NCBI GenBank assembly: GCA_021613535.1
Contig: CP075497.1
Coordinates: forward strand, 8,928,001 to 8,992,000
Direction: 5' to 3'
Source of the DNA: Adineta vaga
Taxonomy: Eukaryota > Animalia > Rotifera
DNA length: 64,000 nucleotides
Program-made: the position numbers and the translations under genes
Notes under the pieces: model-generated
Database searches by the model: none
What the model was told of the DNA's origin: nothing
The model's input: the letters and a program-made list of their open reading frames with translations, nothing else
In this document: positions 26,523 through 40,294 of the stretch, one piece after another
Position numbering within the stretch: the stretch's first letter is position 1
Layout of the letters: each line of letters starts with the position of its first letter

Positions 26523-28750
26523 ATGATGCACTTTCATATCGCTGTTTTCATTACTTTATTTTTAGGTAAACAAATATTAATTTAAATGGTAGTTCGTCAA
26601 TTCAATCTTAGAATTCATGTTAAACCTATGAGCATCATTTTTCAGCTGTAAATTTGACTGTTTCTACGAAATAGAGATATAATATTGATCTTCATAGTGC
26701 AGATATTTTCCACATACTGTTACGCAAGATCTTCATAAATTTAGAAATGCATTTTATTGGTCGACAAATAAACTTATATGTATTTATTTGGTTTTCTATA
26801 ATGGATTTTACTAGTAAGTGTAGTTGTTGATTATAATTTAAAAATGAAGAGATGAATCTTAGTGGCTGGTCTTTATCAACGTCGTCTAATAAAACATTTA
26901 CTTACCGAACGACAATATGATCCACTTGAAAGACCAGTTCAAAATGATTCTCAAACATTATCTGTTAGTATGAATTTAGCTCTTCAACAAATCATTGATT
27001 TCGTAAGCAAAACTCAGATTAATTTGTCTTGTTTATTCATTATTCAAAGATGAACAGGATGAAAAGAACCAAGTGATTGTTATCAATGGCTGGATAGTTC
27101 TCGTATACAAATAATTTGATAATATTTATTTGTTATTATCGTTCAATTTATATAGATGTGGCATGATTACAGTTTGAGATGGGAACCAAAAGACTATGAT
27201 AATATTGAAACAATTAGACTTCCAAGTACATTGATTTGGACACCAGATGTATTATTATATAATAGGTAAATATTTCACTAAATTATATTTGTTAATCATC
27301 ATGATTTTATATATTAAGTGCTGATGAAAAATTTGATAGTACAATAAAAGTGAATGCAGTTGTTCAACATACAGGTGATATCTTATATGTTCCACCGGGA
27401 ATATTTAAATCTATATGTCCATTTGACATTGCATCATTTCCATTTGTAAGAGATGCTTTATCTGAAATATTCTTTATATTTATCTCAGATGTTTCTCCTA
27501 GGATACTCAAAGTTGTACATTAAAATTTGGATCGTGGACACATGATGAATCAGGTATATGAAATGAAAATATGCTTCAATTGGATTGTAATGTGATATTA
27601 TCTATTGATCTTAGGAATTAATTTAACAGCTGAAAGTAATAAAGGTCAATTGGATGCATATATAAAAAATGCTGAATGGGATTTAGAAGGTAGATTGTAT
27701 GATATTTGTTCGATTGAATTGTATCTATTGAATATCAGATTTCTCTACTGTAAATAATGCTATTAAATATGATTGTTGTCCAACTTTATATCCATTTGTG
27801 TTATTTACTATTCGAATTCGTCGACGTTCTCTTTATTATGTAACGAATATTGTCGGTATGAAGAATATTTAATCTAACAAAATCTTTCTTCATCTATTGA
27901 ATTTCTCTATTGTAGTACCTTGTTTTTTGATCAGTTGCATGACAATATTGGGATTTCTGCTAGCACCAGATAGCGGAGAAAAATTAACATTACGTAAGTT
28001 GGAAAAATTATGATAACTATGCTTTCTCTATCTATTCTAATTTATTAGAAATAACAATACTTCTTTCTGTCATCACGTTTAGTTTACTTATTTCGGAGAT
28101 TATGCCACAAAGTTCAACAGCTATACCAGTGATAACCATCTATTTCTTATGTGTTATGTCTATGTCTACAGTATCAGTTACTGCTTCTGTGTTTGTTATT
28201 TCACTTCATTTTCGAAATGCAAAAAACTACACAATGCCATTATGGGTATATGAAGTTCAGAGAGAGAAGAAAAAAAGTTGAATTTATTGTGTTTTAGATT
28301 CAAAAATATGTTTGTCTATATCTTGCATGGTTATTACGTATGAAACGTCCTGGATATGATTTAACATGGCAATCTATAAGACATCAACTGTCATCAACGA
28401 TTGTTCCATCACATACCATTGATAAAAGTCACTGTTTCGATATCAATAAACAATCTCTTCTATATTCTGTTAGTCAAGAAAGACAACAGTCTGGTTCAAT
28501 ACGTCCTCCCGGTGAATATCATTCATATGAAATAGATACAATACGTTCTGAAATACGTACTGTAATCTCTCAACTTTCGATTGTAACTAACTATATATGG
28601 CAACAAGAGAAACATGATAATGAATCACAAAATTGGAAATTTGCTGCTATGGTTATTGATCGTCTTTGTCTTATTCTTTTCGCAGTTATTATGGCTATTT
28701 TCACTACTCTAACATTTATATCTATACCTAAGTTTCATCTGCTCCAATAA
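26523..28750 (+). CDS. Nicotinic acetylcholine receptor alpha subunit (alpha7/ACR-16-like), multi-exon
   Basis: Signal exon, [22 protein letters not shown], Cys-loop [19 protein letters not shown], loop [11 protein letters not shown]2 SGEKLTLQITILLS, M4 [13 protein letters not shown]. Confidence 0.93.
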
Positions 28751-28966
28751 ATGTTCTCTTTCAACAATTGTAACATATTTTAATAAAAAAATGACTATAT
28801 AAAAGGTTAAATCTTCTATTTTTAATACTTATGTCATAATATCATGTAAATAATGCAAAACAATAGGATTGTTTTATTTCTCTTTTTTTTCAGTCAAATT
28901 TTAGATACACTAATAAAACAGAGTATTTTCCTAGAATATATAAAGAAAACAAAACAAAAATACTAT

Positions 28967-30066
28967 CTAGTTCATTTGAGCTGATTGTCGTGTATTTTCA
29001 TTGACATGTTCACGGTCTTTATCGTCTACACCAATCAGTCGAATATCTCCTTGTTGTTCTTGTGTATCACCTGCTTCTAGAAGTCCAGCTACAGCTTCAA
29101 TTTCATAGTCAACACCTTCAACTAAACATCCTGGGACATTTTCTTCAAAAATCATCGTTGCTGCTTCTTTTCCATCAAACGGTGGAAGATTATAAAGACG
29201 AAGTTTTTTCAATGATCTATCATTTAAAAAAAAACAATTTCATTCTGAAAATAGATTAGAAAAAAAGATAAAATCTTTACTTTAATCGACTAAGTGCAAG
29301 TAATCCCGTCACTCCAACTGATGGACATTCACTTAAATCAAGAAATAATAATTGATCTTTAAATTCATGAGCAAGTCTCGAAAGAAACCAATCGTCCACA
29401 TAACGACATTTAGATAAATACATTGCTTTTAAATTTGCACAACCAACTAAAGTAAATGAATAGAAAAGCAACATAAGTATATCTTGTAACAAGCATACCT
29501 TACTATTTACATACCATAATGATCTAATCCATCAATATTCACAGTCGATTGAGAGAGATCAACAGCGTCTAATTGAAAATTTAAATTAAGTGCTAATGTT
29601 CCTGATGGTTTTTCTAATTTAGTAATCCATCTCGTTCGACCACTCATTCGAAATCTTCCTTCATATTCAATCGTTCGAGAAGCTGCATACACATCAGGTC
29701 CTTGTTCGAAAAAATCCTTCTCTATAAACCTGCATACATACAAAGAAATAAGTATGCAAAAGAGAATAGAAATGCTCAATTGTCACTATTATACTCATTT
29801 CGTCTTTGATGATTGCGTGTTAATATTGTTCTTTTGAAAAATCCTGGTTCGTTGAGACGAGCTTTTTGTATTTGAATAAGATCAACAATAGCACGAGATC
29901 TTTTTGGAACTTCTAAATTTGATTTTGTTAACCAATATGGTTTCTTCTTTGGTAATCTCTCTTAAAGAAAAAAAAGAACTGAATACTGTCTCAATAATAT
30001 CAAACTTTTCAGAATTTTACCTTCCGTAACATTCTTGAAATTTCTTAATATCACTGACAATCGCAT
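28967..30066 (-). CDS. Mitochondrial LRR protein of the ATP synthase subunit s / DMAC2 (ATP5S-like) family, multi-exon
   Basis: Presequence MRLSVILRNFKNV, GPDVYAAS...GRFR, LDAVDLSQSTVNIDGLDH, LSKCRYVDDWFLSRL, LDLSECPSVGVTGL, LRLYNLP...IFEENVPGC. Confidence 0.75.
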
Positions 30067-30220
30067 TTGATTATATTAATATCATCTAGAATAATTTAAG
30101 AAGTTCAATCTCGGTAGTCTTTATCTTTCCACAATAAAAAAATAACAATAACAACAAGAAACAAAAAATACATATACAATATTAATGGCACAAATACAAA
30201 AAAAACCCACATTGCTTTGA

Positions 30221-32316
30221 TCACAGTGTTTCTTTCATCGATGGTGGACTATGATTATCCCAATCTTGATTGACCACCGTCAACCATGGTGTAACATTAG
30301 ATGGTAATGGTCGTTCAATGCCTTCGAAGGAACTACAGTCAGAATCATGACATTTTTGTCGGTATGTTCCTTTACGCATATCCACAACAAAACTACAGAA
30401 ATCGAAAGAATTAATTTTATCTTTAAATGATAAAAAAAAGGAAGTTCTATGTTCGTCTTTACTAGATATGATTATTTTTATGATGACGTTGAATTCGTTC
30501 ACAATATTTATAATTTCCAGCATACATAAAACTAATTTCCCATTTGAAATCATTTTGAACTTCTTTTCCTTTATACATACGACTGATAAGTGGATAGTTA
30601 TCATCTGTGTTTTCATCTCGTGCAACATTTGACATAAAGTTTCCAAGTTCGGGATAATTCAAGAGAATTTTTTGTAGATCATCGTTTACATATGAAGTTG
30701 CTTTTTGAGAACGTAAAGAAACAGATTTTGACTGGGACTTCGATTTTGATTTTATTTCATCGTCATCAACATGAATGAAACGTCGAATAGGTCTAAAGAA
30801 TACAAGTGAAATCCTTTTTTTTATCTACAAATTGCATTATTTACCCATTGAAATAGACCAATGAAGCCATAAATATTCGTCGTTCTAATACACTTGATTG
30901 AACTATTGAACGTCCAATATTGGGTGTCCACTGGTTTTCAGGTGCGACAGTAAAACATTCTGGTTTATCAAATTTACTCGATCGAAGTAGACGAAATGCT
31001 CGGTTTTTTGTATAAACACCTTGAAACAAATTAAAAAAATGACCATTCATAATTGAATTACCAATCCTCTCTCTCTCTCTTACCAACATCACAAAACCAT
31101 GTTAATTCATTGGCATCATTTTTATTAACGATAAATTCAACAATATCTTTATAACGTAATTGTGAATAATCATCAATACATTGACAATGTTCAAATCGAA
31201 ATAGACGAGATTCAATAGTAACAAGAAGATTTCGAGCAAAAACTGTTGAATCAGCATATGATTGTGTTTGCTGATTAGAATTTGGTGTTGCATTGACAAC
31301 GGCTGAACATTGATGGTTAAGTAAACAACCATGAATATCTTCTAAGATTAAATTAACAAATCGACCAACAGCAATATTATCTAAGAAGGGATCAGTTGTT
31401 TGAAAGATTAAATGACGACTGAATTTAGATGGTGATCTATCATATAAAGATAGTTTTCATTTAGAAAATACGAAAATATAAGTCATGACATACGTGGAAT
31501 CGAGAATGAGAACATCTTTCATAGAATAATTTAATTCGTCACTTCGATTTTGCATAAAATTCAACACATACTGGAAGAAATTGATAAAGAATTTCTTTTC
31601 GAATATATATATATATATATATATATATATCGTGAGTTGAGTACTTCTTCTATTCACACCTTAATAAAATTGTTTGTTAACTTTGGTCCATCGATGGTTG
31701 GATTTGCAACAATATCATATTCAAGATCAAAATATAGTTTCGAAGGTTTTTCTATACAAGAATCAATTATTAAATGAAGATTTCTTGTCTTCGTTTTTGT
31801 TTACTCACTATCAATAATAATTTCATATGTATGCCGTTGATTGACCGGTAATTGACTAAATAACTATTCTAAAATATTCCCGTAGAAGTTATCACAACTT
31901 ACTAATATTCATTCATGAATATATCTATATCTGCAACTTGATATCGTCGTCTTCCATCTGGTTGTGATTCGAAACTGAACAAATATAAAATTTCACCCTT
32001 CGAAGAAAATATCAAACTATTCTTCTACAATTCATATCTTTTTCTATTTCATATATTTACAGAATTGATACTTTTCTCGTTCTGTTGTCGTTCCATCATA
32101 TATTCTAATGCTTCAGCTTGTGTCCAGAATGTTCGTGTTGCATGTGCCATTTTTAACAATGACAATCGATTATGATTCGAACGTTTTCTTGTCATACTAT
32201 CATCGATATCAGCAAGTGGTTGACGTTTTCTATATGATTGAATAAAACAATTAAAAAACAAAACAATCATTTCTGTATGCTTGCTTTGACTGATTGTAAA
32301 ATGAATTGTTTGCCAT
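30221..32316 (-). CDS. PRIMPOL: DNA-directed primase/polymerase PrimPol, multi-exon (start approximate)
   Basis: RHTYEII, KLYFDLEY (DxE), KFSRHLIF (SxH), GVYTKNRAFRLLRSSK, and Zn finger YCERIQRHHKNNHI...YRQKCHDSDC. Confidence 0.92.
31604..31630. repeat. (AT)n microsatellite in a PrimPol intron; similar tracts near 11309, 13598, 32431, 49585, 51423, 56936 and 59280
   Basis: Directly visible dinucleotide runs. Confidence 0.9.
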
Positions 32317-32960
32317 TTTTAGTAATTACGAAAGAAAAGAAGACGAAGTAAAACAAAATCTGCAATAATATCTAGATCAATCAATAATTATCCTTGAAAT
32401 TTTCATTTTTCGTATATGTTTTTTTCCTTTATATATATATATATATATACAAAATGCCAGTATTCATAGCTCAAACTTTTACAGCATATCAAAAAAAGAA
32501 AACTTCACCACACAGACATACAGAAACACTAAACATGAAAAGAAAGAGAAAGAAAACGAATGTTTTATTAATGCGATCATGCTTTCTGTTGTGGATGTGT
32601 ATGAATGTAATGAGGTTGAAACGAGAGAATAAACAAAAGAGACAATCAAAGATAAACAAGAAAAAAGAAAAATCTATCTATATGATACAGAGCACTGTTG
32701 AAATAATGTATATCTAGGCAATAATAATAATAATAATGATGAACAAGAGAAAAATGAAAACGAAAACTGTAATGAGACAACAAGAAGAAAAAACCAAAAA
32801 ACAGGAGTTTTTTTTCAAGCTTAAAGAACAAAACAAAACACACACACATGTACGTATGTAGAAACGAATTTATTGGCCTTTTTTTCTGTGCTTTCTCAAT
32901 CATCTTAATCGCTCGTGTACAATTAAATAGAAACGAAATGAAACAAAAAGAATGATTAGT

Positions 32961-34777
32961 CTACTGATAAACGAGATAATTACGAAGTGAAGTAGGTAAT
33001 GTCAAATGATTGATTAAATATAAATTCGATCGGCCTAGTTGTTTTCGTATTACTCGTCGACATGAATCCATCAACTGAAGTGGTTCCGCTATGATTTTAA
33101 AAGAATAAAATTTTTATTATTTAGAATTTAATTAGAAAATTAACTTACGTTCTAATCCATTGATATATCGCATAGTTATTTCACAATGACCCCATACTGA
33201 TGATACCATTGGATATAGTGCACCTTTACCTTTCAGATCATTAAATGCGACACCTAAATATTGTCCGTCAACAATATAAGCCAATGTTCCTTCTTCCAGA
33301 TCCAAAACAACAAAAAATTTATCAGGTACAACAAAACCTTCTTCGGATTTCGATGGATATGATATACCATTATTATTAATGGCATCAGCTGGATCAGTTA
33401 CTGTAGATATGGTTGTTGTCGGAGATACAGAACTCGATGTTGCTGCTGCTGCTACTGTCGATGGATACTGTGTTGAAGCATAGATACTGTTAACACCTTT
33501 ATGATAGAGTTTATTTCGGCCTAAATCCCATCCCCATGATTCTTGATTCATTCCCACCAGTGCTTGATAACCCGGACAATGAAGTGGTGCTTTTATTGTA
33601 CCGACGCCTACAACTGCATGTGTACCGCGTTGTCTTGTATTCCTAAGAACATATACATATATTTACATATGTGTACCAACAAAGAGTTTCATAATTATAT
33701 TACCATTCAATTTCCCAAACATGAATTCCACTGGTAAAACCTTTCTTACAACGGACTGCATCCGTACTTTGAGCAACAGGCTAAAAATAAAATACAACAA
33801 AAACCTTGTAAATCAAACAAAAACTTTTCTTTTTTTCTTTCTTTACATGGCGATGAAATGTGCATGGATCATTATGTTTAACAAAAATATTCATTGAACG
33901 ATCATCATGATTCCATCCATATTCAATTTGTTTTTCTCGTGATACCGGTGGTCGATCCAAAAGAATATCAAGTCTAACAGGAAAGTATTTACTTGGATCT
34001 AATGACGGATGATTTGTAATATTTGAATAATGATATTGACATACGTTGGAGTTCAATTCATTATTATTATTATTGTTATTATTATTATTATTATTTGACG
34101 TTGTTGATAAATAAGAAGCTGAGGATGATGACGATGATGATGATATGGATGTTGATGAAGTATTTATTTGATGGTGATGGTGATGATGATGATGATGATG
34201 TCGAGGTAATGGATTGAATGCCAGTAACGGAAAGGTTGATGTTGTAATTTCTTGTGTTGTTTGAGATGTTGAACCTGATATAATTGAACGTAAATTAATT
34301 ATTTTACCATTACGAAGACCCATCGATGATGATGATTGATCTTGTTGTTTAGAAATACGTGAACGACGATTTGTTTTATTAGTTGCTGTTGTTGTCGTTG
34401 TTGCTACTGGATTGTTACTTGTCAGTGATGCTCGTCGTAAACGCGATCGCAATGGATAAACTTTTGTAGTCGGAGTGGGATCAGAATGAGCAGTAGTTGA
34501 ATCGCAAGATAGTAATTTATTTCTGCTAGTTAAACGTCGACTTCGACGTAATGTTTTTGTATTTGTTGATGGATTGTTCAAATCCACGCGCTAGAATTTT
34601 AAAAAAAGTCATTGCAGATTTCTTTTCAAAATTTTGATGGATTACTTTAGAAAATTTCTTTCGCTTTGTATGGGATGATTTTGGTTTACTGTTTGCTACT
34701 GTTGTCTTATGTTTTTTTGATTTCGTAGTTAATTCTTGTCGACTATCAGTTGATTTTGTTTTATGGGGTAACACCAT
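32961..34777 (-). CDS. SPRY domain-containing SOCS box protein (SPSB1/4, gustavus-like) with a long low-complexity N-terminus
   Basis: [10 protein letters not shown]...[13 protein letters not shown]...[60 protein letters not shown] box [14 protein letters not shown]...[12 protein letters not shown]. Confidence 0.92.
34060..34200. repeat. Coding trinucleotide repeats (poly-Asn, poly-Ser, poly-His) in the SPSB N-terminal region
   Basis: (TTA)n, (GAT)n and (GAT/GGT)n tracts translate on the minus strand to N, S and H runs. Confidence 0.85.
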
Positions 34778-36162
34778 TTGGACGGTAAATAATTCTGATT
34801 AAATTGATTGACGACACGAAGAAATTGTGGATTTTGATCTACTACTAAGATAGGATTTGATGAATGAATATTCAAATAAATATGTGTGTTCATCGACGGT
34901 TAAAACAGACTAGTGGAGAATTGAAAAATAATATGAACAAATCAACCATCGATCGAGGGTATATGACAACAGTAACAGATGACAAGAGATGACAAACAAA
35001 CAAAAAAATAAGGATCTAGAAAAGAAGAGAAAATATAGAAGAATTAGAGTTGTTTTTGGGACAGGTAACGAAAATCAATAACTTGTGACATGTAGGTAGA
35101 TGCTATGTCTAGGTTTGAAGTAAATAAACAACAATATATAGGAAAAAGACAAGACGACATCACATCATTAGGTACATAGACGTTGATGTAATGCATATAC
35201 AATCAATCGTTCGACATTAGTAAATTAATTACATCGGAGGAAAGATACAAAATAATAAGAAAAATCCTATTTAATTAAAATAAATTGAAATTGTAAATAA
35301 AATTCCTAAATTTACTTGTAATTTTATGTTCAATTAATGCACTATAGATGTCATATATATACGGTTACAATAGTTCCGTAGGACTCTAGTGTATTACGCT
35401 CACATGATATTTTTGGTGATGAATTGCTCTTTTCTTCATAGAAAGAAATGTAACTGTATGCAGTTCATTACAATTATTTCAAAGTTAGTATATTGTATAT
35501 ATCTTCTGATCTTTTTTCTATTATTACTGACGTTCTCCTTACGATATTGTTGGATTGACACCTCATCTTTTCACATTCGCAACATACAATAGAAGTCTTT
35601 TTGAGTTCGTTTTTTTTCATGATGAAAAAATAATTGTACGATTTTATTTCAGATGTTATATTATAATGTCCATATTCACATTGCGAATAGTTTATCAATA
35701 ATATCCGAGTAAGAAAATTAATCTTCCTCAAATAAATATGTTGATCTTTACTTTTCAAAAGTATAAATTGCTATTCCACTGATGATGAAACCAATCAACT
35801 GTTCCTTCAAGGAGTAAAGTCTTAGACCAGCTCATCCAAATTCAGATAAAAAATACACTGTATTTGATTGAATCTTATTGCTATATCCATCCTAATTATT
35901 AGTTATTTGTATTTCTTTCTTAGTCAATTTGTTATTCTTCTTTATCCTTTTGTATATGCTTTGTCATTACCAGAATGACAAACTAAGCTGAAAAATATAT
36001 TACAATTGCAATGCTGAACAACGCGGATTAATCGAGCAAAATAAGCTATCAAAAGTTTCGTACTAACAATTGGATGTAAGCCTTTCAACGCAATTAAAGA
36101 ACCTAGACCTCGTATTATAGTGCATCAAATCGCATCCAAAAGATGTTCAAATTTCTACGAAA

Positions 36163-37110
36163 ATGCCCATAAGTCTCCCGAAAATAGTTGACCGACATTT
36201 CCACTCTTCCCCGCATCCTCACCATTCGTGTCGGTGGCATTTGTTGCGCAGAAGTGTCGTGCTACGACCAGCAGTTGATCTTATAAGTACACATTTCGAT
36301 TATCCAAGAACCGTCTGCACCGCCAAAAAATGTACAGATCGAATACAAGTGAACGGTTCAGTCAAAATCGATTATACAACGCATTGTCATCCACGCTGCT
36401 ATCTTAATGGTGTTGCTCAAAATGTTATTAATAATGCAGCATTGAAACAATGTTCAGCTATGAATTCAAATGGTACATGCATGAAATGCGATTGCCCATG
36501 GGAAACACATATGCACATTACGTATGAGACCAAGCAAGTTCCGATAGAAATTGTTGATCCGAGAATTGCAAATGAAATCAAGACAAGAGAAGAAGCTGCT
36601 ATAGCAATTCAGACAGCCCGGGAAAATATTACTAATCGAATCATGAAATTAGAAGACGAAAAAACAAATTTGATGAGAATCTGTGCTAAATTATCGAAAT
36701 TTCTTCATAAAAATGCAATAACACCATATAATGATGATTTAATTAAATATGTTGAACATATGATTAGTGCTGCAGAAGAAAAACGTGACGCTGGTGCCAA
36801 CAATCAACACATTATTGATGGACTTAAACAAATGATTGGTGCTTATCAAGAAGAAATGAACACCTATAAAGATATGTTACAATCAGCAAGCAAGGATCCA
36901 ACAGCAAATGCTCCTCGAATTGAAGATATTCAAAAACTTATTGATACTCTTTTTAAACTTCAAATTAGTGGTCCAAAACTGAAACAACAAATTGATATCA
37001 TAAGACGAGGTTTACCTATTATCGTATCAAGATACGAAACGGTATGCAAGCCACCACCGCAAAACAAAGGTAAACTATCAAGAATACGAAGTTTTTTAAA
37101 TCTTTATTAA
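36163..37110 (+). CDS. C-terminal Cys/His-rich and coiled-coil part of a P-loop GTPase-associated protein family; appears 5'-truncated (possible pseudogene or orphan domain)
   Basis: Intronless 315-aa ORF with PRTVCT..KC, CHPRCYLNGV, CSAM..NGTCMKCDCPWETHMHITYE, FLHKNAITPYND.LxxY and LF.L.ISGPKL. I recall this as the C-terminal region of rotifer/fungal/nematode 'G-domain' proteins. No P-loop found upstream. Confidence 0.6.
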   Translation: MPISLPKIVDRHFHSSPHPHHSCRWHLLRRSVVLRPAVDLISTHFDYPRTVCTAKKCTDRIQVNGSVKIDYTTHCHPRCYLNGVAQNVINNAALKQCSAMNSNGTCMKCDCPWETHMHITYETKQVPIEIVDPRIANEIKTREEAAIAIQTARENITNRIMKLEDEKTNLMRICAKLSKFLHKNAITPYNDDLIKYVEHMISAAEEKRDAGANNQHIIDGLKQMIGAYQEEMNTYKDMLQSASKDPTANAPRIEDIQKLIDTLFKLQISGPKLKQQIDIIRRGLPIIVSRYETVCKPPPQNKGKLSRIRSFLNLY

Positions 37111-37498
37111 CTTTTTCATTTATTGTTTGATTTTTTCTTAACCACGACGGATGATTTCTTTTTCATTTAATTCAAAATAAAATAAATGATAAAAAGAGCA
37201 AGATACATGGAGACTTTCTATTTTTAATCATTGGTTGACTATCTAATCAATTATTTTATTAAAATTGAAAGAAAAATAAATGTTAGTGAGAAAACTATCT
37301 AGATAAAACCAATAACAGATCATTTAAAACTGAACATCTCAAAATAATTATCAATAAAAAATGTCATCATTCATTCTGACACACAAAATCGATTACTGGT
37401 TCTGGAGGGTTGCAGGAAAGAAGGAGATTAAATATTCACACGGAAAAAGTCATGCAATACAAGAAGAAATTTGGTATATAAAAAATAAATGCAGATCT

Positions 37499-39868
37499 TC
37501 ATTCCCATTCAGTTGTAGCTAAAAGTAAAAGTAATAAAGACACTAAAATTTATAAGCTTTTAACGACTTTTACCTGGTGGCTTCGATGTTAAATCATATA
37601 AAACTCGACTAATGCCCGGAACATTTGTTTTAATTGTTTGACATATTTCATCTAACATATCAAGAGGAAATGTTTCTCCCGGTACAGCTGGTCTTCCAGT
37701 CATGAAATCTTTGGTAAGAAATGTGCGTAGAACAACTGAATGTTGAGAACTAAAGATTTTTTCATTCGGATTTGATTGTACTTCTCTGTCAAATTCAACT
37801 GGTATTAAAACAACTGGCATTTGACTAATTGAACTATAAGCACCATGACGTTTCATAATCACCATTGCATGATAATCACAAGCCCGAGCTTTATCGATTA
37901 TATCAGGTGTTAATGTAGTATGAGTAACTTGTGAAACCTCTACATCAGAAATTTTCTTACCCTAAACGAAATACTATGGAAGTCAAATAGGGAAAAAAAG
38001 TCGAATTTGAATAAATTACAAGAATATAAACAACACGGTTGATATGATGACATGCTTTGGTTATCATTCGAGCAAGAGTAAATAAATCATTCCAATTAGG
38101 TTGATCATTATTAGAACTAATAGCCGCAGCAAAACTATAAGTACGAGCATCACCTTGTACACCAACACTGCGAATCTATTTCAAAGGAGTAGAAGAAAAC
38201 TTTCCGTTAGATTTTCATCTAATACTGGAAAATAAACCTACTGGTAATAAAACAGAGGCATAATCATGTCGATCTGTTGTTGTCAACGTTTTCAAAAGTA
38301 TTTTTTCATTATCTGTAAATATATTATCTAATACAGATAATGATGAATCTTTCGTTGCATAGTTAAGAATTGATTTCAATAAATGTTGAGTTGATGAAAA
38401 TGTTTCAATAGGCATATATGGTTGATCAGTACATAATATTCGTATGGCTAAACCGGGCCCTGGAAATGGATGCCGATAGATAACATCAGAATGAAGTCCT
38501 AATGTTACACCAATTTGTCGAACTTCATCTTTATGAAAATCTTTCAATGGTTCAATAACACGATTAAGTTTACGTAATTGACGTACCATTGGTGAATCAT
38601 TGTGATGCGTTTTAATCGCATCTGCATGTCCACTTTGACATGCAAGATGTGATGCACTTTCAATTAAATCAGGTCTTAATGTTCCTTGTGCTAGAATAAT
38701 ATCATCAAATGTATAATTATTATCGCGGAGAAATTCTTGAACAACTTTAATAAATGTATCGCCAATTATTTTACGTTTATGTTCAGGATCAATTTCTTCA
38801 TTTAATGGTAAAGTTTCTTCAAGTAAAATATCAGCATCTGTTAAACTTAGAAAATTTGTTGACATTGATGCACGTCGTTGTGTGGATGTCGATGATATTT
38901 CATTCGATGATTGACTTACTTTACTTTTTACATAAGTTTTCGCGTGAGCAAAACGTTGACTAGCATCGAGATAATTAACTGTAGCAAATTGTGATAAAGT
39001 TTCACGAATTTCTTTACTTTCATCTTGTCGTAAAAAACCATTGTCTATACTAACAAGTTTGACTTGTTCTGATGGTAATGCACGTGTTAAAAGAGCTGCA
39101 CAAACACTACTATCCACACCACCACTGCATAGAACAAAAACAGGTTGATCTTTAACAAACGATCGAATTGTACCGAATGATTCTTCTATACGACAACCCA
39201 TTGTAAATGTTGCGCGACAATGAGCAATTTCAAAAAGAAAATTCTTGAATATTTCTACACCATTATCTGTTAAATCAACCTAAATGATACAAATATAACA
39301 ATCATAGACATCATCATTGATATTTATTTACTTCTGGATGAAATTGAACACCATAGATAGGTTTATCTTTATCAGCACATGCCACAATAAAAGAATCACT
39401 TGTACCAATACTAACTAAATTCTTTCCAAGTTGTCCAATACTATCACCATGTGTCAATAGAACATTTTCAACTTTGTTCATATTTTTAAATAGAAGACAA
39501 TCGGTAACATTCAATTCGACTTGAAATTGTCCATCTTCTCGTACTGATTGTCGTACAATAATTCCACCGCGTTGTTTATTTAACATTTGTAAACCATAAC
39601 AAATACCTAGGATTGGTAGACCACATTCAAATAATTTAGGATCATAATAAACAGGATTTGAATCATTGACTGATCCTGGACTACCCGATATGATAATTGC
39701 TTTATATTGTTTTGAAAGTAATTCATCAACGGAGATTTGTAATGGAACAAGTTCTGAATAAACAGAAAGTTCACGTATTCGACGATCAATCACTTTAGCA
39801 TATTGTGATCCAGCATCCAGTATCGCTACTTTATCATAATAATCGGAATGTTGTTGAACGTCAGTCAT
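37499..39868 (-). CDS. GMPS: GMP synthase (glutamine-hydrolysing), multi-exon
   Basis: ILDAGSQY, PILGICYGLQ, GVQFHPEV, CSGGVDSSVC, QGTLRPDLIES, IKTHHND, RHPFPGPGLAIR, YDLTSKPP|ATTEWE. Confidence 0.96.
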
Positions 39869-40294
39869 TTGATTCTTTCGATAATTGTCTAAAAGAACAG
39901 GTGTAGTAGAGCGTATACATGTTTAAAATTTCTGACTATGAAATATTTATTTCCATAAGAAAGAAAAAAGCAATTTATCTATGAAGAGAGATTCTTCACA
40001 ATTAATGAAATAGTATTGATATAGATATATGAGAAAACGAACGAAACATGAAAATTTGAAAACAACATGAACAACAAGTAAAGAAAATGTATTGAATACT
40101 TTTCATTGTAAATAGCCTAATTTTCGATGAATATTTCACTGAATTTTCTTTTCTTTCAAAGACAAACGAACAATATAAAAATGAGTAGCAATGTGTATAT
40201 TTCAATTTCATAGAAAAAAGACAATACCACAAACAGTTATCACAAATAAAGAAAAAGAACAAACAGATAAACACATATATCTAACGACTTTATA

